A stretch of DNA of 64,000 bases, taken from NCBI RefSeq assembly GCF_963921235.1, contig NC_086097.1, positions 129,210,001-129,274,000 of the forward strand. The letters run 5' to 3'. Every line of letters begins with the position of its first letter. The first letter of the stretch is position 1. Positions 26,141 to 38,535 of this stretch are shown in pieces. Made by a program: the position numbers and the translations under genes. The notes under the pieces were generated by a model. The model saw nothing but the letters and a program-made list of their open reading frames with translations, searched no databases and was not told where the DNA came from. The DNA is from Mobula hypostoma. Taxonomy: Eukaryota.

Positions 26141-26369
26141 GTCCACAAGACCATAAGACATCAGAGCAGAATCAGGCTGTTTAGCCCATCGAGTCTGTTC
26201 CGCCATTCCATCGTGGCTGATCCCTGCTCTTGAGTGTGCTCCCAATGCACAGCATCGACTAACGCTCAGCTGAACAATGAAGAGTAATGAAGGTGGTGAT
26301 GCACAAGAGAGGAGGTTCCTGGAGAGACAAGAGACTGCAGATGCCGAATTCTAGAACAGCTCAGCATCA

Positions 26370-26963
26370 GCAAGACCCAGGAACTGATTGCGGACTTCAG
26401 AAATGGGGAAGTCGGGGGAACACACACTAGTCCTCACTGAGGAGTCAGCAGAAGAAAGAGTGAGCAGCCTCAAGTTCCAAGGCATCAATATCTCAGAGAA
26501 TCTATCCTATGCCCAAAGTACTGATGCATTCATGAAGAAGGAATGCCAGTGACTGTAATTCACTAGGAGTTTCAGGAGGTTTAATATGTCACCAGACACT
26601 CTTGCAAATTTCTGCAGTTGCACGGTGGAGAGCATTCCAACTGACCAAGAACACCTTCAAGATGCGACGCCTCAGGATGGTGGACCCAATCATTTATCAG
26701 CCAGGACATGCCCTCTTCTCGTTACTACCACTGGGGAGGAGGTACAAGACTTGTAGAACCACACTCAGTGATTTAGAATCAGCTCCTTCCCCTCTGCCAT
26801 CAGATTTCTGAACAGTTCACGAACCCATGAACAAGACCTCATCATTTGTCTTTTGCAAGATTTATTTATTTATGTGACTTTATAGTAACTGTTATGTCTT
26901 GTACTGTACTGCTGCTGCAAAACAACAAATTTAACACATGTCAGTGAAAAAGCTGATTCTGAT
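26370..26963 (+). mobile_element. Rex1/Babar 3' fragment
   Basis: PGHALFSLLPLGRRY; ctgattctgatt tail. Confidence 0.8.
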
Positions 26964-26964
26964 T

Positions 26965-27490
26965 CACACAAGAAGCTGGAAGAACTCAGCCAGCCAGACA
27001 GCATCTGTGGGGAGAAATGGACAGTCAATGTTTCGGGTTTACACCCTTCGTCTGGACTTGTAGACAGAGGTAAGGTAGCCAGTATAAAAAGGAGGAAGGA
27101 GGAAAATTGGCAAGAAATTGATGGATCCAGTTGAAGAGGGGTGAAAGGCAGATGGGAAGGGGAGAGTGGGAACAGTGCCAGAAACTCAGAGTGATAGGTG
27201 TGAGTAGCAGGGTACCGAAGATGATGGCATCTCACAGGAGAGAAAGGTGGAGCCTGGAACCAAACAGGCAGGGAAGAGGGCAAGGCAGATGAGAGCATTA
27301 GGGAGGAGTATGTGGGAGTTTTGCAAATGGAAAGGATGGAGTTGGGTAAATAGACAGACCGATGTGGGGCTAAATTGATCAAGAAGTGCGAGATAAGTGA
27401 CAGAGGGGAAGCAGTTTACCGGAAGCTGGAGAATTTAGTGTTCATGCTGATGGCCTGTAGACTACCCAGCAGAATATGAAGTGTTCCTCT
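26965..27490 (-). mobile_element. Penelope-like 3' fragment with decayed hammerhead (27023-27058)
   Basis: AGTC-CAGACGA-AGGGTGTAAACCC-GAAA-CATT-GACT; endonuclease C-terminal remnant at 27420-27490 homologous to 11855-11930. Confidence 0.75.
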
Positions 27491-28134
27491 ACTTGAGAGG
27501 AGAATTGAGGAGTGCTCCCATATGCCTAACACTGGCTCGGCCCCTCCCACAGATAAATCTCAATCCCATTTATCCACAGCCAGGGATTTTAAAACTTGAT
27601 TCTGTGTGAATGCGAGAACTATAATCGGTCCGCTAATTCCACAACATGAGCACAATGCAAAACCACTTCAATTTAAAGCAATTTCCGCAACATAAACACT
27701 GGAGTATAACAATTAACACTGCAATACTCTCGCAGACACTGAATAATGAGGTGTTAATTGTTCATTGAAATGAGCCAAATGAACAGATTAGTATTTATAA
27801 AGGTGTAACAGAGCCATCATGTTCTGTTCTTTCATTCTCCATTAAGAGATGTAATACTTTCACAAAGCAGGCTTCCATAAAAATTCAAAGGGAGATTTTT
27901 CCCCCTGAACTATATATTTAAATTAAGTCATGCGGAAAGTCAAAAAAAAATGCAATACAGCTTTTTTGGCACACAGAAATGTCGGAACGTCATACTAAAC
28001 CACCTTCTGAATGAAAGGCCAATGGACTGAAACATTAGTGACACACAATCTGCTGGAGGAACACTGCAGGTCAAGCAGCATCTGTGGAGGTAAAGGAATT
28101 ATTGATGGCTGGGTGAAAACCCTGTAACAGGATC

Positions 28135-28580
28135 AGTCAAGTCGAATTTACAGTGAGGTACAGGTACAATGAAAAACTTGCCCACAGTAGCATCTTGGAT
28201 ACATAGGCACAGGTGACACACATAATATAAATTATAGACTATATAAATTATACCAGGCAGTGGACTAAAAAGCTGTGCAAAAGCAAGACGATAGTGCCAA
28301 AAAAAGACGCAATCGATGACAATTCCATGGTGGTGTAAGAGGTGGTCTGTACTGTTCCATTGCTAAGGTAGGGTTAGAGTTATGCAGGTTGGTTCAAGAA
28401 CCTGGTGTTTGCAGGAAAGTAGTTGTTCCTGAACCTGGTAGTGTGGGACTTCGGGTTTCTGTACCTCCCACCTGACAGTAGCAGGGAGAAGAGGACATGG
28501 CCATGATGATGGGGATCCTTAACAATAAATGCTACCTCTTGAATCAGTAACTCCTGTAGATGCTGTCAGTTGTGGGAAGG
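28135..28580 (-). mobile_element. Rex1/Babar 3' fragment
   Basis: gttcctgaacctggtagtgtgggacttcgggtttctgtacctcc...gggagaagaggacatggcc is the reverse complement of the Rex 3' end. Confidence 0.7.
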
Positions 28581-29199
28581 GCTGAAACAACTGTTTCTGC
28601 CCCCACAGATGCTGCCTGACCTGCAAGCATCTCTAATATCCCCTGGTTTTATGTCTCATTGAATCTGTTCCCTGTCTGTATATTTGCTAGGCTTGTTGAT
28701 TTACTCAATTTCATCTTTTGAGATGAAAAATGGAAGATTTGGTGTATAACATGATAAATTCTGTGACTTTTTTTGATACTTGGTAATGGAGAGAAAGTCA
28801 GTATCCTCCCTAAGAATTTCATTATCTAATCCTGCCCTTGGGAAGAATAGTGAATAAAAATTTCACTAGTAATACACAGCATTATAGCAGACTAAGATAG
28901 AGACTGCAAAGAAGAGAAGAGCAGGTATATGAACAGAAAATGCCATGGCTGCTACCTGAAATGCAATTGGTGCATTATTGTTGCAAGTATGCTCTCCAGG
29001 GATCATTCCAAACACAAGTGCATTGAGGTAGTACAAAAGGGTAAACAATAACAGAATGCTGAATGTAGAATTACAGCTGACCAGAAATTGCAGTGCAGGT
29101 AGATAAATAAAGTGATGACGAGGTAGATCAAATGATCAAGAATTCATCTCTTGAGTGCTTCCAACATTTTTTTCTATTTTATTTTAGATTTCCAGCATT

Positions 29200-31150
29200 T
29201 GCATTTCTGTTTAGTTTAACAGTAATCTTGTTCAGAATATGTTAATACATGGAAGGTTGGTGAGCAAAAACAGCAAATACTCAAGTACCATTATGATGTG
29301 ATGGCAAAAACCAAAATATTGCCTAAAGGTCAGAAATGGACACTCAATATTTCTAGATAAAAGATGTTTGAAAAAGGTCAGGGAAAAATAGAGGAAGGTG
29401 CAGCAGTGGTATTGATTATGTGTTCAAGATGATCTTGAGGACAGATATTGAATCCATTTGATTAGAGTCAAGACACAAAGAAGAGGTAACCGTACAACAG
29501 AGGAATAGAGGGGATTCTGTAGACCACTAAATAATGAGAGGGAGTAAGACAGAGAAAAAAAAAGTCAGAGAGAATTGGAAAAAAAGGAAAAGAGAAAGTG
29601 TGAGAAAGAAAATGTAGTGAAAGCGAGAGACAGAGAAAGAGAGAGGAAGAGCATTCCATTGGGAAATGTCCTAGAGGTATAAGGTGATAACCTTGGGTAA
29701 CTGAAATTTGTTCCTGTTGGAGTAAAAGGAAAGGAAGAGGACAGCCTTTTGAAATGAGTTGAAGAGAACCTTCTTGATCTGTATATTTCTGACAATTAGG
29801 TTCTGAGGAAATGATAAGCCAAATAAATCACACATCAGAGGGGGAAGACTTACAACCACAGTAATCATCAGGTCTTCAGGAAATAGTGTTTAATGGTGGC
29901 AAAAAAAATCCAAATTGGAACATTTAATTTTGTGAAGAGTTAACTTCATTGGAACCACAAGGAACCTGGGCAGAACCAAATGTTGGTAGGTTCAACTGGA
30001 ATGCCAGAACTTCAGGAGTAGATGTTTGAGGAACAGGCTAAGTACAGTCCCACTCGGGAAGGTGGTAAGGGAACCAACATCAGAGTCCTCTACATGACTA
30101 AGAACATATGGATGGTGCATGCTGTTTTCTGTGAATCTGTGGAATAAAGAAATTTGAAGGGAGATGTAATGCAGGTGTACAAGATATTGGCTGCTTCAGA
30201 CAGGGTAAACAGAAGGAGCTGTTCCCAATAACAGATTGTTCAAGATCCAAGAAACAAACTCAAAGTTTCAGGCTTAAGAAAAATGGGGATGTGAGAAACA
30301 CATTCAACTTATGAATCCTTGCTATTATGTTCTTGACTACTGAATGTATTCACCTTTCATTTGCAGCTACACTTTGTATTCTCTGCACTGGACTACGCCG
30401 TACTGAACTACTCATTTTACATTTTAGACAGCTTTCTCAATTTATATAATTTCATTTAGCAAAACGTTTTTCGGGATGTCATCGGATTTGTAAACCAAGG
30501 AACGCCTGTCTTCGAAGGGAAGGCACTATGGGTATGCATATAAATATTTTCAATAATAAAGGTCCATTGCAATCACTTCAAACACCAACTAATTCCTGTA
30601 TCTTATAGAACAAATAAGAGGGGCACTCTGGATTTTAAAAAAGCCTCAATTTTTTTTTCCTGCATAATGTGATATGTATATAAAATGAGCCGTCAGAAGA
30701 AGTAGAAGAGGCAAGTACAATTACAACATTTGGTAGGAAAGATGTAGAGGGATATGCTTTAAATGCAGGTACCTGGGTCTAACTCAGGAAGACACCTTGA
30801 TTGGCATGAAGGGCTTGGTTTCTGTACTAAATAACCCAATGACTCTATGGTTTGCATGTTCGTTATAGAATCATACAATCATAGAATGGTTGTGACACTA
30901 AAAGTCCGACAAAGAGCTGCAAATGAAGGACCTGAGGGGACAACATCTTCACACAGATGGAATGAGCTGCCAGAGGAAGTGGCTGAGGCAGGTCCAATAA
31001 CAATATTTAAAAGACATTTGGACGGGTACACAGATGGCAAAGGTTTAGAAGGCTAGGAGTGTAACATGGACAAATGGGATTAGACTAGATGGGCATCTTG
31101 ATCAGCGTGGACAAGTTGGTTCAAAGGTATGTGTTACTCTATGACTCTAT
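29200..31150 (+). mobile_element. Cluster of old CR1 fragments
   Basis: Eroded EN/RT motifs and repeated 3' ends (tggaatgagctgccagaggaagtgg; atgactctat tails). Confidence 0.55.
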
Positions 31151-31290
31151 AACTTGGAACTAGATTACAAATGCTTTGCTACCTGTGCTTTCATGTGAAA
31201 AATAATAAAACATCAGTGAAATACTTTAACAACAGTCACTGAGTTTACAACATTCTTAGAAGGTCCAATGGAAAGTTAGGTTTAAATAGA

Positions 31291-34126
31291 ACAGCCATTA
31301 TAGGAAGGGCCATTGTGTGAGACGGCCAGTGTTAGAAGTGGAAGTGCAGGCTTTGGCTCATGAGGCTTCAGTGAGAAGAAGCAGAGACTATAGGTAGATT
31401 TTTTCCATTTAATAGTTCTTTCTTTCTTTCATACTGCACAGTTAGAGCAGTGTGGATGCCATGCAGGATAGTGGAATGCTTCTCTCAGGGGTTGTGGGAA
31501 GGCAGGGAGGCCGCCAGTATCCCTGACAACTACACCTGCAAGAAGTGCATCCAGCTGCAGCTTCTTACAGACTGTGTTAAGGAGTTGAAGCTAGACCCGG
31601 ATGAACTCCAGATCAACTGATCACAGGACATACAGGGAGGTAGTAGCACCCAAGAATCAGGATTCAGGTAACTGTGTGACCATTAGGAAGGGGGAAAAAA
31701 ATAAGCAGCCAGCGCAGAGTACCCCTGTGGCCATTCCCCTCAATAAGAGGTATACCACTTTGGAAACTGTTGTGTGGGTGAGGGGTGACCTAGCAGAGAA
31801 AAGCCACAATAGTTGGGTCTCTGGCACTGAGTCTGGTTCTGTGGCTCATAAGGGAACAGGGTGGGCGAGGTGGGGGGGGAGGCAATTTGCAGCGAAAGGA
31901 GATTCAGTGGTTAGGGAAATGGACAGGAGGTTTTATGGACAAGAATGAGATTCCCAAATGGCACATTGCCTTTCTGGTACCAGGTTCAGGGACGTCGCCG
32001 ATCAAGTCTACAGCATTCTTAAGTAGGAGGTGATCAGCTAGAGGTCATGATCCACATCAGAAGGGTGATGAGATCCTGCAAAGTGAATTCAGGGTGTTAG
32101 ATGCTAAGTAAAAGGACAAACATTCCAGGGTTGTGATCTCAGGACTGCTATCCACGCCACATGCTAGTGAGGCCAGAAATAGTAAGATAGTACTGCTTAA
32201 CATGTGGCTAAGCAGATGGGGAAGGAGGGACGGCTTCAGATTTTTGCATCAATGGGCTCTCTTCAAGCGTGGGATGGTTTGCACCTGAGCTAGAGTGGGA
32301 CTAATATCCTTGCGGGAAAGTTTGCCAGTGCTGGGCAGGGTGGTTTAAAATAGAGTTGCAGGGGCATGGGAACCAGAATGCCGGAGCAGAGAGAAAAGAG
32401 GTTGTGGGGAAAGATGTTGTTAAGCCTACATACAAAGTCAGGAACCAAAAGGTTGAGCATGGTGGGGCTAATGTTCTGAGTTGTGTATATTTCAATGCAA
32501 CGAGACTTGCAGAAAGGCAGACTAGCTTAGGGCTTGGATCAGTACATGGAATTATGACATTGTAGCCATTAGCAAGACTTGGTTGTAGGAGAGGCAAGAC
32601 TGCCAGCTCAGTGTTTCGGGGATCTGTTGGTTTAGACGTGATACAGCAGGAGGGATTAAAGTGAGAGGAGTGGCGTTAGTAGTCAGGGAAAATGTCATGG
32701 CGATACACAGACCGGACAGACCAGAGAGCTCTCCGAGTCAGGCTATATGTGTGGAACTGAGGAATAAGGGAAGACCACATTAATAGGATTATATCCAACA
32801 GTCAGTGGGATTTAGAGGAGCAAATTTGTAGAGAAATTGCAGACTGTAGCAAGAAACATAAGGTTGTGATAGTAGGTGATTTTAACTTTCTGCATATTGA
32901 CTGGGATTTCCATATTGTAAAAGGGCTGGATGGGATAAAGTTTGTCAAGTGTGTTCAGTAAAGTTTCCTTAATCAGTACATAGAGGTTTCAACAAGAGGA
33001 AGTGTGATACTAGATTTCCCATTAGGGAACGACAGACAGCGCATGGCAGGTGAATGAAGTTTATGAAGGGGAACACTTTGCATCTAGTGATCAAATTGCC
33101 ATTAGCTTCAATAAAATATATGGAGAAGGATAGGTCCAGTCCATGGGTTGAGATTCTAAACTGGAGAAAAGCCAATTGATATGGTATCAGAAAGGGTCTG
33201 GCAAGCATGAATTGGGACAGCAAATCATAAACATGAGAAAGAGTGCAGATGCTGGAAATCCAAAGCAACACACACAAAATACTAGAGGAACTCAGCAGGT
33301 CAGGCAGCATCTATGGAAATGAATAAACAGTCAGAGAGTAGGAGTAGATGGTTGCCTCTCTGACTGGAGGCCTGTGACAAATGGTTTGCCACAGGGAGCT
33401 GTGCTGGGTCCACTGTTGGTTGTCACCTATATCAATGATCTGGACGATAATGTAGTAAACTGGATCAGCAAATTTGACACAAGAACTGGTAGAAGACAGC
33501 AAGGAAGGCTGTCAAAGCTTGCGGCAGGATCTGGACCAGTTGGAAAAATGGGCTGAAAATGGCGGATGAGTGTATTGAGTACAGGAGTTGAGATGTTACG
33601 TTGAAATTCTGTAAGACATTAGTGAGGCCCAACTTGGAGTACTGCATCCAGTTTTGGTCATCTACCTACAGATAAGATGTAAATAAGATTGAAAGAGTGC
33701 AGAGAAAATTTACAAGGATGCTGCTGGGACTTGAGCACCTGAGTTATAGAGAAAGATTGAATAAGTTAGGACTTTTTTTCACTAGTACATTGAAGAATGA
33801 AGGGACATTTGATAGAGGTATATAAAATTTTGAGGGGTATATTTAGGGTAAATTCAAGCAGGCTATTTCCACTGAGGTTGGGTGAGTCAAGAACTACAGA
33901 TTATGGGTTAAGGGTGAAAGGTGAAATGTTTAAGAGTAACATGAGGGGGAACTTCTTTCTCAGAGGGTGGGTAGTAAGAGTGTGGAACAAGCTGCCAGCC
34001 TAAGTGGTGGATTAGGGTTCCACTACACTATTGGATAGATATATGGATGGGAGGGGTATAGTTCAGACGCAGGTGCATGGGACTAGGCAGATCAATATTT
34101 CGGCTGCAGTATTCTATGACTCTATA
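31291..34126 (+). mobile_element. CR1 LINE with 5' UTR, ORF1 and internally deleted ORF2
   Basis: CKKC finger, STPVAIPLNKRY, GDSVVR; CVYFNA; GLPQGAVLGPLL; GHLIEVYKIL; a Penelope-end fragment at ~33225-33335 sits at a large deletion. Confidence 0.88.
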
Positions 34127-34858
34127 TATTTTTTGAACATATATATTAAACAATTCCATATCACTGAACAGTCTGACAGTGAGCTGAACGACAATTTAAT
34201 AAGTATAATTATTCTTCAGCTCACAGGAAAATGCAATAATCTGTTCTTTTTTATTGTTTAAAAAAAAGTTTAAATGTAAAACACGATTTTATACCCCTGT
34301 GGTGTGTACAGCGGGAATCCTCGCTTGTAGGAAGTTGTTCTGGCAAGACGATGAAAAAAATACTATTCGGGTTCTAAGAGTAGAATGCTATTTTTTAAAA
34401 TTCAGTTCAACGTGGAATTTTTGATAAACATTAGAAGAACAACTTAAATGCAAATAAATTATAAAATTAATTCCTTGAGGTGAAAGGCGGCACGGGAAAG
34501 ACGTTTTCCCCTTTTTTCTTGTACAGTCGCCAGCCATTTCCCAGACTTTGCAATTCATACCACATTTACCACACTTCTCTAACGCACATAATGCAAATAA
34601 TCCTCCTCCTCAAGTTGCTGCAACAATGCAGTTCCACGGTCAAACAACTGTACTTGCAAATTTCCGTGCATCACCCCGAGAAAGGTTTTAATCCACGCGA
34701 CATTTTCCATTTCAGACTATACAGCCCCGGTAGCCTGGTATTACCTGGGCCTTTTTCTTTGGCGAAACAATGGAAGGAGTTGCGTCTGCTCTTCTGCCTT
34801 ATATATTCAATATAAAATAAATAGCAAACTTGCAGTTGTTGAAGCGTTGTAGTCTTAC

Positions 34859-34960
34859 CTGGCCGGTGTGCTGAAAATCCGTAATCTGACCCGGGACCCC
34901 TCGCCGATTTCTGTGGCTTTGAGCACCTTGGCAACTGTGACGCCACCGCTCTCCTAAACC
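34859..34960 (-). promoter_or_regulatory. Candidate non-coding first exon and promoter
   Basis: Locally CpG-rich unique DNA; strong donor CAG|gtaaga at 34859/34858; X-box half site ccttggcaac next to TGACG. Confidence 0.35.
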
Positions 34961-35344
34961 AAGGGATCCTGTTACAGACACCGGATAGAGTTCAATGACA
35001 GATGAGAGAGAGAGAGAGAGAGAGAGGGGGGAATGGGGGAGGTACCTGCGCCAATGCATGATTTCTACTGCAGGTGCCAACGAGCACCAGTGCATGGAAT
35101 CCTCACCACAGCTGAGCGAGATGGTAGGTGCCTTGAGCGCCAATGCATGGTTTCTTTTGACAGATTCGTGGGAGGGAATGCATTTAGCACCAGTGATTAG
35201 TTCCTTTTGACAGGTGGGAGAGGAAAGTGCACTGATTTTTAATGCATGATATTTTGTGACAGTTAAAGAATGCATTCAGGACCAATGCACTGCTGTGGCA
35301 GTCCTGGTAAGCCATACAGCACCAGTTGCATGGTACCTTCGTGA

Positions 35345-35965
35345 TCTAAGAAAGCTCACCAATGTATGCGATTTCTTGGGCATCAGAGAAGATTTGGCTT
35401 GTCCAGGAGGATTTTCTGGAACTTCTATGGGTGCATTATAGAAAGTATCCAGCTTGATATGACAACTGTTGTGCTCTGGACAGAAGCTACTGAGAACGGA
35501 AAACACAGTTCTGTCCATTACACCTCATCACTTTCATTGCTTCATAGTGCTTTGCTTCAGGAAGGCGAATGGTACCGTCAAGGATGCCTGACAGCCCAAC
35601 CATTCCCTTTTCACTCTCTTGTCTTCTGGGAGAAGATACAGAAGCCGGGAAGCCTGAATGATTAGACTCTTCCCTACAGCTATCAAACTTCTGAACCAAT
35701 CACCCCTCTTACATTCCTTCCCAGTGGTACTGCCACATTCTCGGCTTCGTTAGTCCAATGGCTCTTGCTTATTATTGTGACTTTCGCATTTAGCTTTGCA
35801 CTGCTTCTGATTGCACTGCCAACTTTGCATCAATCTGTTGTTTTTGTACTTGTTTCTGTATTTATTGTTTTACTTATTATTGCCATGTTCACAAGTTACT
35901 CTGTGAGCTTCATGCGAGCAAAGAATTTCATTACATCCTGGCATTTGTGACAATAACCTAACCTG
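35345..35965 (+). mobile_element. Degraded Rex1/Babar 3' fragment
   Basis: RRFGLSRRIFWNFYGCIIESI; gtgacaataacctaacct tail. Confidence 0.7.
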
Positions 35966-36089
35966 CAAGGGTTCTGTTCAGCACCTGTGCGTGAGGTGGG
36001 AGTGAAAGTGCCTTCAGCACTGACACTTGCTCTATGTTAATGGATGTAATGGAGAGAGTACATTAAGTACAAATGCGTGGTATTCACTG

Positions 36090-36968
36090 TGTCATAAGGG
36101 GGGCACTGGTAGCAGACCCAAATGCAAAACACAGACACTGAAGTACTAGGAACAGGACAAGGTTTATCAAGAAAGCAAGGAGAGTCAGGAAGAAACGACA
36201 CTGGACATGGACACAGGCCCTGGACAAGACAAGGACACCGGGCCTGGGCTAGGACTAAGACTAGGAAAGCAGAACTAGGACAAGGAACTTGGAACTAGGA
36301 GCCTTGGCTAGGACTCCGAGCCAGAGACTGGACAGGGACCCAGAACCTGGGTCTTGACTCGGGCTCAGACCCCAGATCTAGGTGAGTACAAGATGTGGCT
36401 GCAGGACTAGACGTGGAACCCCTGCACAGGATGAGAACACAAAGCCTTGACTTGGACTGGATGAGGTTCTTGGACGTGGCTTGAGCTGGGCGAGGGAACT
36501 CTAGGGCAGGACGTGGCTCTTGGACTAGGTTTGGCTCGGCTCTTGGACTTGGCTTGGATAGGCTCTTGGGTGCGGGGCCAGAATGACTGCCGAGGATTCA
36601 GATGGGAATGATCCAGCACAGGATGTAGGGCGGTGACTCGTACACAGAACACAGACACTAAACACAGGGACACAAAAAGACAGTTCCAAACTCAATGATA
36701 GATAGTTCCTCCTCTTGGCGTGGCAAGTCTCCAGTCTCACTCCAGTGGTTGAACTTGATGCAGTTTCAGGAGGAAGGGGTAAGGAAGGGAGCAGTCCAGC
36801 CAACAATCCCTCGTTTGCAGAGGTATTTATGTGCCAGACTGAAATGAGAATCAGGTGCCTCAATTTAGGCACCCAACAGAACAAGGGAGAAAACAGGAAA
36901 ACCCAGAACAAGGATCGATGGACTGGACCATGAACTGGAATGCAGACTTCACAGACCAGACAATGACA
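36090..36968 (-). mobile_element. Solo LTR (Gypsy-like), related to 56923-58502
   Basis: TGTCA...TGACA ends; 5-bp TSD CACTG/GACTG; shares tgcatttgggtc end motif and a ~65-bp block with 58210-58277. Confidence 0.75.
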
Positions 36969-38059
36969 GACTGAGATAACACATTCAGCTCCTGTGCATG
37001 ATGTCCTCTTCACAGAGCGAGAGAGAGAGAGAGAGAGAGCGAGCGCACACCTTCAGCACAAGTACTTGATATCCTCTGGCAGGTGACAAAGAAAGAATAC
37101 ATTAAGTGCCACTGCATGGCATCATCTAGCAAGAGAAAGAATATTTTGAGAAACATTGCAGGGTATCTTTTGGCATGGGACACAATGCATTCAGCACAAG
37201 TGCATGGTAACTTCTGACAGCTGAGTGAGGGGCTGGTGGTGAGAGAAGAAATCAGTGGTGTCTTCAATACCATTCAGTCCTGTGTAGGTCCCAATTGTAT
37301 AAGCACATTCTTTAGCTCTAGACTGATCAGCCAAGGCAAGCAGCTTTTTCACAAATGCAGTGTCAGTAATTCCAAGAATAAAAGGTTACAATGAGACTAC
37401 CACAAGGCAGTCCGATATACCAGGCAGGAAAACTCTTCAAGGGTTTGACCAATGCAGTTGCACAGTAACTTTAGGAATACTAAGACAGCATTAAATACAA
37501 TACTATCGTACAATATTTCTCTTTACACTTTGTCTACCAAACTCTTCCTCATCTTTGCCATTTGAAAGGTAACATGACATGCATTAAAAAAAGCTATTGC
37601 CAGATTTTTGATCAGCCCATACCATCTTGTCAGAGGCCAAGAAAGAAACAGCAGGAATATTCACCCGAATTAAAACAGCTCAGGAACTACAAACCCATGC
37701 TCTTCAAAAGCAAGTCCTCACTATAGCCCCAAAGGGCCCAATAACAGAGAGTTTGATTTCTTAAAATGGGAACCCATAAAATGACAAAGAACCACATGCT
37801 TTTAAGAAATAGCAAAGTGTAATCAAGAAAAGATGAAACTTAATTCACATAGAATAAATCACAGCAGAAACCCTCCATTGCATATAAACCAGCAATGTGG
37901 CCTAAGACAACCACTGATTCCCATAAATTCAGAATCTTTAAAACACTAACCCAGATTTTGTGGATAAATAGCTCAGAATAGAAACATTAAAACTTTTCTA
38001 TCTAAATGGAAGCAAGTCCAAGACTTGCATACAAGTGAAGACATGTGAAGTGACTTGCA

Positions 38060-38535
38060 TTCTGACTGGTTGCATTGTGCTGATGTGGAAACTTTAATGA
38101 GGCAACAGAGATCACTCAGCCATTTCCATTATGGGTGCAGCTTTCCCCACCATCAAGGGCATCTAGAAGAGGCAATGATGACTCAGGAAGACAACACGTA
38201 CTATCTGAGACTCACATAATCTGGGCCATGCCCTCTTTCATTGCTACCATCAGGCAGGGGGTACAGGTGCCTTAAGACTCGCACTTTAAAGTTCAATCAC
38301 AGTTTCTTCCGTACTGCCATCAGGTTGTTGAACCAGTATGAGAAACCCTAATACTACTGTGAGCTATGTATTTCTTTTTTATCTCTCTCAACTTGCACCA
38401 GTCTCCTTATGTTTATTAATTGTGTAATTTAAGTATATGTTAATTTTGTAATGTATTGCGCTGCTACTGCGGGAAACTAATTTTTGTGGCATTTATAGCC
38501 TCATGCAAATGCTCATGATGATAAATTTGAACTTA
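38060..38535 (+). mobile_element. Rex1/Babar 3' fragment
   Basis: ggccatgccctctttcattgctaccatcaggcagggggtacagg...aataaatttgaactt. Confidence 0.7.

Larger units (their letters stand above)
35040..37290. repeat. Diverged ~45-50-bp tandem array (~15 units) interrupted by two insertions
   Basis: Recurring (A/G)TGCATTCAGCACCAGTGCATGG...TGACAG units at 35040-35340, 35975-36089 and 36975-37290. Confidence 0.6.

Noticed and set aside
35040..37290. Conserved cores with variable spacers as a CRISPR-like array
   Set aside because: Cores are too degenerate, spacers are homologous to each other, and no cas genes are present
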